Positions 23,655 to 29,016 of a stretch of DNA of 29,016 nucleotides are shown in pieces. Location: IMG/VR virus record IMGVR_UViG_3300033485_000064, positions 1 to 29,016 of that record; one strand, written 5' to 3'. The notes beneath the pieces were generated by a model. It was not told where the DNA came from. It did not search any database and saw nothing but the letters and a program-made list of their open reading frames with translations. The stretch comes from a virus. Lineage: Duplodnaviria; Caudoviricetes. The position numbers were made by a program, and so were the translations under genes. Numbering within the stretch: the first letter of the stretch is position 1; every line of letters begins with the position of its first letter.

Positions 23655-24028
23655 GAGTAGAAGCCTTTTATAAAATATGACATATCATCTATATTCACGA
23701 TATGTGTACCTATTGATTCAAGTGTATGTAGCATTTTACCATTACCTAGATAGACTCCGAAATGTTGCACTACTCTTGGGTGGATAGGGTCGTGTGCCAT
23801 GGCGATAACATCGTACAAATTTGGCTCTTTTGATAGTTGCCAATACTGTGAAATTTGCTTTATGTAATCGCTAAATATTGCTTTAGTAGAATGGCATGAG
23901 CTATGAAAAGATGGTATTTCAATACCTAATTCATTGCGATAAATAAGACGTATAATTCCGTAACAGTCTGCACCATTTAAACTCTCTCCTCTATCCTCAA
24001 ATGGCACTCCTATATATTTATCTATCAT
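23639..24028 (-). CDS. NlpC/P60 tail tip peptidase (lambda K-like)
   Basis: YIGVPF..RG....GADCYG, HFGVYLGNGKMLH. Confidence 0.9.
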   Translation of the reverse strand: MIDKYIGVPFEDRGESLNGADCYGIIRLIYRNELGIEIPSFHSSCHSTKAIFSDYIKQISQYWQLSKEPNLYDVIAMAHDPIHPRVVQHFGVYLGNGKMLHTLESIGTHIVNIDDMSYFIKGFYSWRQR

Positions 24029-24657
24029 AGTCTTACGCCAGTACCGCCAACACCTGCAAAGCCCCCAAAACGTGCCGAGTTATTTAATTGCTTACATCGT
24101 GTTAATGTTTTATCGCACGTAGTTTGTGCGCCAACATAACCACACTCAATGCCTTTAAACTTCCAATAGCAAAAAGTCTTTATAAATCTTCGCTTAGGTA
24201 TTCCGATATTAAAAGGGCTATCTGCTGTGAGGGTAAATGTTGCAGTTTCAGGCGTAGTAGTTGGTTGAGATAATTCAAAATAAACGGTCTTTACTGGTTC
24301 GGTATTTGCTAAATCTAAAGTATTAACGATATGGCAAATACATTTAATCTCGTTGCCGTCTATTCCGTTTACTTTCAAATATTGGTCGTATTGTTGTAAA
24401 TATGTTTCTATAACTCTTTGTCGGTTATCTAATGTAATTTGCCATTGAGGGATTTCGCCTCGTCCATCCTCTGAAAGTTCTCCAATATCAAAAGGGAAAG
24501 TAAGCCATGTTTCGCCATTCCAAACTATATCATCACCATTTGAAGTGATAAAAATATGGCTTGCGAGTGAAGGAATTTCAATGTCAAGCAATACAGCAAA
24601 AACGCTATCCGTACCTAGTTTATTCTTTTCTTGAATGACTGTTAATGACAGTGCCAT
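24025..24657 (-). CDS. Minor tail protein (lambda L-like)
   Basis: C-terminal C.WKFKG.ECGY.G....CDKTL..C...N..RFGGF Cys cluster. Confidence 0.88.
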   Translation of the reverse strand: MALSLTVIQEKNKLGTDSVFAVLLDIEIPSLASHIFITSNGDDIVWNGETWLTFPFDIGELSEDGRGEIPQWQITLDNRQRVIETYLQQYDQYLKVNGIDGNEIKCICHIVNTLDLANTEPVKTVYFELSQPTTTPETATFTLTADSPFNIGIPKRRFIKTFCYWKFKGIECGYVGAQTTCDKTLTRCKQLNNSARFGGFAGVGGTGVRL

Positions 24658-24992
24658 TAAATCTCCTCTAGTATTACACTTGTGCTACATAGCTCTTTTG
24701 TAGTTGCCTGATAATCAAGTTCATTGTTTTGGAATGATACTTGATAAGATAATGAGTTCTCAGGATTGACGTATGTAAATATTGTACCTATATTAGCATC
24801 AAAAAAAGCTTCAATAATGGCAAATTCTTCTTTAGTTATATTGTCATATCTTAGAGTAAATACAGAGCGTGATCGTGTTGAAGCTTTACGAACTTGCATA
24901 TAGTTAGCTTCAAAAGAGTTCTTTAATATATTGTATTTCTTTTTTGAAGATGAGCCTAGTCGTGCTTCGGGTTCTATTGGATATGTTGCCAT
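24657..24992 (-). CDS. Distal tail protein (lambda M-like)
   Basis: 111 aa, directly after the tape measure gene; F...Y.Q and I..FF....G..F.Y..P pattern. Confidence 0.75.
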   Translation of the reverse strand: MATYPIEPEARLGSSSKKKYNILKNSFEANYMQVRKASTRSRSVFTLRYDNITKEEFAIIEAFFDANIGTIFTYVNPENSLSYQVSFQNNELDYQATTKELCSTSVILEEI

Positions 24993-27361
24993 TATCTGCC
25001 TCCTTGGAATATGTCACGCATACCAGACTTGTTACGCTTCACAGCATCTATTACAACGCCTATGACAAACTGTTCCCCATCGAACCTTGTCTGTGACTCC
25101 GTTACTTCTACTTTTTCGCCTGAGTTATTTATGATCTCGATTTTAATATCTTGACCTCCACCCATCCCACTTGCATTTATTCCAAGCTTACCGCCTGCAC
25201 CACGAGATAGAGGCATAATAGCTTCGGGGCCAGCTTCTCCAAACAATGCCATTGGCGCAGTAGTAGGCTTATCTACTATTGAATTGGTAAACGCTCCACC
25301 CGTTGCAAAGGCTGTTATGTTGCCACCGCTAAAAGCATTTCCGTTAGCACTTGCTACGGGAGCAGTACCAAAGAACCCAGAGATAGCCCCTGCAAGTGGA
25401 GCAGTTATTGATGCTCTTATTTGCATACGAATCAAATCTTCCATTATGGATTTAAACATATCTTTCGCATTTAACTTGCCAGTCATAAACATATCAACTA
25501 AAGCATCCTCAAGCCCATATACTGCGCTTGTTGCTACGTCAAGCGATGTTATAAGTGCTACTTCAAACTTCTTCACGTTCTTTTGTCGTGCCGCCGATAC
25601 ATAAGCGTCTATTTCTATTTGTGTGCGCCCCTGCTCTTTGAATAGATCGACTTGCTTTTGAATGTTTGCCTCTTGTATTTCTGATTCAGTCCCTGATAAT
25701 TCGATCATTAATTGGTTATAGTCTATTAAGTCTTTTTTCTTTTGTGCCATATTCTTTATATTATCTTCGTATGCTTTTTGATCATCATCCCACATTTTTT
25801 GCTTTATGTCGTTTTGATCTTTGGTAATTCTATTTATGCCTGATAATTCATCTTGTGCTTTATCATGTTCTTTTTTTCTTTGGTCTGCAATTTCTTTTTC
25901 TAATTGTTTCTCCATCTTTTTTTGTGCTAATAATTCTTTATTACTTGATATTTTAGGGGATGCCTTTTCTAATGCTTTTGCGGCGGCAATAGATGCTTTG
26001 TTTTCTTCTTGTATTTTTATAGCCGCATTGCTTCTTTGAGTTCCAATGGAATTTAATCTATTCTCTATTTTCTTTAGTTCAGCATCTATAATGGCTGTTT
26101 CTTTCTTTTGAGTCTTATCTAAAGCAAATTTATCACTTTGAATCTCTATCCGTTTTTTTAGTAAAGCGTCATGGGCTTTTGTAAGTGCTTCGATACTATT
26201 TATAGTAGAGTAGTTTTTCTTTTCAAGTGCATCGTCATGCGCTAAGTATGCAGTTGTAGCAATGCCCAATGCTACCGATATGGCTAATAATATAGGTGCT
26301 GATGTTTGTAGGGCTATCATAGCGGCACGTAAAGCAAAAACAGACGTTGTTATCCCTCGCACTCCATTTGCAACAGCACCTCCAGCGATGAAAGAATAAT
26401 AAGCAACAGCAACCCCTCCTACTAGCCCAGCGGTTAATCTAAGCCCATCATTATGGTCGTCAATTAATTTAGAAGTACCTTGATAGAATGATGCAATATC
26501 TTTTCCATAAGTTGATAAATCACCGCTAAAATCATTAATCATTTCCGCTAAAGCCTTTGTTGCGCCTGTTGTTTTGTCAAGTTGTGCAATTGCTGTTGCT
26601 AAATCAGTTTCTAAGTTTGTAGTAGCCATTCCTACTGTTTGGGGGATGCTTCCAAAATCAGAATTTATCTGACCTGACATTTTAAGCAATGCCGCAGAAA
26701 CTCTACCCGATGTTAGCTCCCCTTGCTCTGCCATTTTTCGCATTGCAGTTATTGGAACGCCCATCCCATCTGCAAGATATTGCATTATTTTTGGAGAGGC
26801 TTCATTTATCGCATTAAACTCTTCGCCACGTAATACCCCTGAACCCATAGCCTGAGCAAATTGTAGGATTGCACTTGAAGCTTCTTGTGTATTAGCTCCA
26901 CCCAGCTTAAGGGCTTTAGAGAATGATTCTGTAACTCTATTAACGTCCTCAGTTGTTCCTCCAATAGATTTTAAAGCAGGGTTTAATTTAGTATATAGAG
27001 TTGTAATATCTGAAATACTAGAAAATGATTCTTTGGATATTTGCAATAATTGCTTTTGTTGCGATTCATATTCAGCGGTAGAAGCTGAAACCATTTTTAA
27101 CCTTGCATCAAGCATATTCATAGAGTCTGCAATATCTACATACTGCTTGGCAATATAGCCAGCACCTAAAGCGGATATAACAGAACCTATGGCAGTTTTC
27201 ATGCCATTAAAAGATTCAGATGTATTATTTGTACTCTTAGATAGTTTATTGTTTGAATCTTCGGCTTTACCAGCGGATTTAGAAAGGGTATCAAGATCAG
27301 TAGCTGATTTCTTTATCTGTGTTGAATCTGATTTAAGAATCAAAGAGTGAATTTCAGCCAT
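24992..27361 (-). CDS. Tail tape measure protein
   Basis: 789 aa; QFAQAMGSGVLRGEEFNAI.E tape-measure domain; C-terminal ANGNAF..G...FA.GG...GEAGPEAIMPL. Confidence 0.95.
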   Translation of the reverse strand: MAEIHSLILKSDSTQIKKSATDLDTLSKSAGKAEDSNNKLSKSTNNTSESFNGMKTAIGSVISALGAGYIAKQYVDIADSMNMLDARLKMVSASTAEYESQQKQLLQISKESFSSISDITTLYTKLNPALKSIGGTTEDVNRVTESFSKALKLGGANTQEASSAILQFAQAMGSGVLRGEEFNAINEASPKIMQYLADGMGVPITAMRKMAEQGELTSGRVSAALLKMSGQINSDFGSIPQTVGMATTNLETDLATAIAQLDKTTGATKALAEMINDFSGDLSTYGKDIASFYQGTSKLIDDHNDGLRLTAGLVGGVAVAYYSFIAGGAVANGVRGITTSVFALRAAMIALQTSAPILLAISVALGIATTAYLAHDDALEKKNYSTINSIEALTKAHDALLKKRIEIQSDKFALDKTQKKETAIIDAELKKIENRLNSIGTQRSNAAIKIQEENKASIAAAKALEKASPKISSNKELLAQKKMEKQLEKEIADQRKKEHDKAQDELSGINRITKDQNDIKQKMWDDDQKAYEDNIKNMAQKKKDLIDYNQLMIELSGTESEIQEANIQKQVDLFKEQGRTQIEIDAYVSAARQKNVKKFEVALITSLDVATSAVYGLEDALVDMFMTGKLNAKDMFKSIMEDLIRMQIRASITAPLAGAISGFFGTAPVASANGNAFSGGNITAFATGGAFTNSIVDKPTTAPMALFGEAGPEAIMPLSRGAGGKLGINASGMGGGQDIKIEIINNSGEKVEVTESQTRFDGEQFVIGVVIDAVKRNKSGMRDIFQGGR

Positions 27362-27364
27362 GAT

Positions 27365-27724
27365 CTATTCCTTTATGTATGGTGAAGGGTCGTTTATATC
27401 TTTTCGTGTTATCTCATACGCAAACGCATTAGACAATTCTTTTATCATTATAGCCTCCCATGGAGAGAGACATACGCTTGTTACTTGCGCCCATGCGTGT
27501 ATCTCAACAAATGATAAGCTTTTACCGTCTGACATATATCCAAGTTCTTCTAAGTATCCCAAAAGATACTCAAAGCCCTCTATGTTTGGACGTTCTAAAA
27601 GCCGTGTATTCTTTTGAAGCTCTAAGAATACTTTACGAGGCTTTGTTTGCTTATCGGGCGTTACGTTTAACCACGTATCATGCCGAGCGTATAATTTTAA
27701 ACGCTCGGCTGTTCGTCCAAAAAA
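27365..27724 (-). CDS. Tail assembly chaperone C-terminal extension (gpT part, reached by -1 frameshift)
   Basis: The -1 frame is open from the slippery site at 27724-27718 through LGYLEELG to the stop at 27365. Confidence 0.8.
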   Translation of the reverse strand, partial: FFGRTAERLKLYARHDTWLNVTPDKQTKPRKVFLELQKNTRLLERPNIEGFEYLLGYLEELGYMSDGKSLSFVEIHAWAQVTSVCLSPWEAIMIKELSNAFAYEITRKDINDPSPYIKE

Positions 27725-28074
27725 TTAATATCATCTCCAATGAACGAATCAACTTGTTTACGCAACCAAGGCAATTCAGAATAAATACGCTTTGCATTTT
27801 CTTTAGAGAATGGTAATTGTTTTTTATTCTCTTCGATGTTGTTCCATGAAGCCGTACAATCAGCTAGAAGCGTTAAAGCCGCATCTTCGATCTCTTCCAT
27901 TGTCGCACTTGATTTATTCTTTGAGCGTGACTTGGCGAGTGAATTAACAGCGCTTCTATAATGCTTAGTATCAGCGCCATACAATTCGATAGTAATGTCA
28001 GTTTCAGAACCGTTTAGAGGGTGACGAACCTTCAAGATAGAAGTTTCGCTAACCTTTACAGAGCCAATATCCAT
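27697..28074 (-). CDS. Tail assembly chaperone (gpG-like)
   Basis: Located between the major tail protein and tape measure genes; ends ...FIGDDINFL at a slippery sequence. Confidence 0.85.
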   Translation of the reverse strand: MDIGSVKVSETSILKVRHPLNGSETDITIELYGADTKHYRSAVNSLAKSRSKNKSSATMEEIEDAALTLLADCTASWNNIEENKKQLPFSKENAKRIYSELPWLRKQVDSFIGDDINFLDEQPSV

Positions 28075-28535
28075 TACGGAGCCGCCACGAATACAACGTC
28101 AGAGGTATATTCCAAAGAAGCTGTGTGTGCTTGAACAGTGTCAGCAGTTCCGTTATTCTTTGGCGCACCCATTACGATTGCACTTACATAGTCAGTAGCT
28201 CCATTGTTATAAACTACTTTGAATGAATATGAGTTTTGGCTCAATGTTGCCGCCGCCATAATAACTTGACCCGCATCGCTTGGAACAGATGCATAGTTAA
28301 ATGTAGCCGAACCGAACTGTTTTTGACCTTTTTTCTTAGTGGTAAATCCAGTGGAAAGAAGATCATAGGATACTACGTTAGCAGAACCGCCCAAAGCTGG
28401 AAGATCAGCCGCACCACCTACCTCTGTATATGTTAGAGCTTCAAAGCCCGCCTTGTTATAAGTAGCTGGAAGTGATGCCGATACATAGATAGAACCGCCC
28501 GCAACCGTTACTAAATCTTCGCTTGTTACTGCCAT
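28074..28535 (-). CDS. Major tail (tube) protein
   Basis: 153 aa; PATY...GF.AL..TEVG, K.KG....G, DAGQ motifs; expected position in the tail module. Confidence 0.85.
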   Translation of the reverse strand: MAVTSEDLVTVAGGSIYVSASLPATYNKAGFEALTYTEVGGAADLPALGGSANVVSYDLLSTGFTTKKKGQKQFGSATFNYASVPSDAGQVIMAAATLSQNSYSFKVVYNNGATDYVSAIVMGAPKNNGTADTVQAHTASLEYTSDVVFVAAP

Positions 28536-28577
28536 GGTAACCCCTTAGTGTAAATGTAATGAGTATTTTAACATACT

Positions 28578-28967
28578 TTACGCAGTCAGGAAATTGTAGG
28601 CAATAGTGACTGGTATTTTGTAATGTCCTTCTCCATCATTAAAGCCTTGCGATGTGTATGGTGTGCGATCAATTCGTATTCCATTAATTACCGTTCCACG
28701 CTTGAAAGCATTAATAATAATCTTTGCTATCTCTGACGCTGTTAAAGCACCAATACCGTCTAAAGTAACACAGTTGATCTGAATTAAACCGCCGTTCATA
28801 GTTACTTCTTTAATCCCTATGTCGTCAGGTACAATAGGCATAATATTAACAGTTATGTATTCAGATGGGATAATCGTATAGTTAATATTTGGATAGAAGA
28901 TTTTAGGCAAACCCCCAACGCTTTTTAAGTATGTAAAAACATTGTTTAATAGTTCATCTGGTAGCAC
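28578..28967 (-). CDS. Tail completion/terminator protein (DUF4128-like)
   Basis: I.YPN, G.LQI......G.G, A..I...F.RG, IPVTI.Y; upstream of the major tail protein. Confidence 0.7.
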   Translation of the reverse strand: MLPDELLNNVFTYLKSVGGLPKIFYPNINYTIIPSEYITVNIMPIVPDDIGIKEVTMNGGLIQINCVTLDGIGALTASEIAKIIINAFKRGTVINGIRIDRTPYTSQGFNDGEGHYKIPVTIAYNFLTA

Positions 28968-29016
28968 TGAATTTCCTTAATGCTGATTTTGCGGATGCGA
29001 TAGAAATTCTAAACAT
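28954..29016 (-). CDS. C-terminal end of an upstream neck/tail gene (HK97 gp10-like, partial)
   Basis: Open frame MFRISIASAKSALRKFSATR* entering from the window edge. Confidence 0.45.
   Translation of the reverse strand: MFRISIASAKSALRKFSATR

Noticed and set aside
168-28436. All + strand ORFs in the supplied track (e.g. 168-452, 2897-3220, 14217-14636, 25284-25604, 27460-27816)
   Set aside because: They are antisense shadows of well-supported minus-strand genes or of the RNA cassette, with no recognisable motifs.

Overview
A 29-kb segment of an AT-rich siphovirus-type phage genome in which essentially all real genes lie on the minus strand. In transcription order (right to left) it carries: a tail module (tail completion, major tail protein, frameshifted tail chaperone, tape measure, lambda M/L/K/J-like tip proteins, tail fibre); a lysis cassette (holin-like proteins, M15 endolysin); a regulatory interval; Rha antirepressor, replication initiator, DNA methyltransferase, ERF/Gp157 recombination genes; a ~640-nt structured non-coding RNA cassette; many small early genes (HNH, SSB, VRR-NUC, two YopX); a ParB-methyltransferase; TerS; a free-standing HNH/NUMOD3 endonuclease; and the N-terminal 275 codons of TerL. 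The promoters (TTAAG element 9 nt upstream of a -10 box, no -35) suggest a Campylobacterota host, which is an inference. No integrase or CI-like repressor is visible between the lysis and replication modules. That position instead holds (i) a predicted ~100-nt sRNA whose single-stranded seed is complementary to the Shine-Dalgarno and AUG of the first ORF behind each of three identical early promoters, and (ii) a C4-antisense-like RNA in the rha leader. Together these suggest an undescribed RNA-based control circuit. All family assignments come from motif recognition by eye, not database searches.
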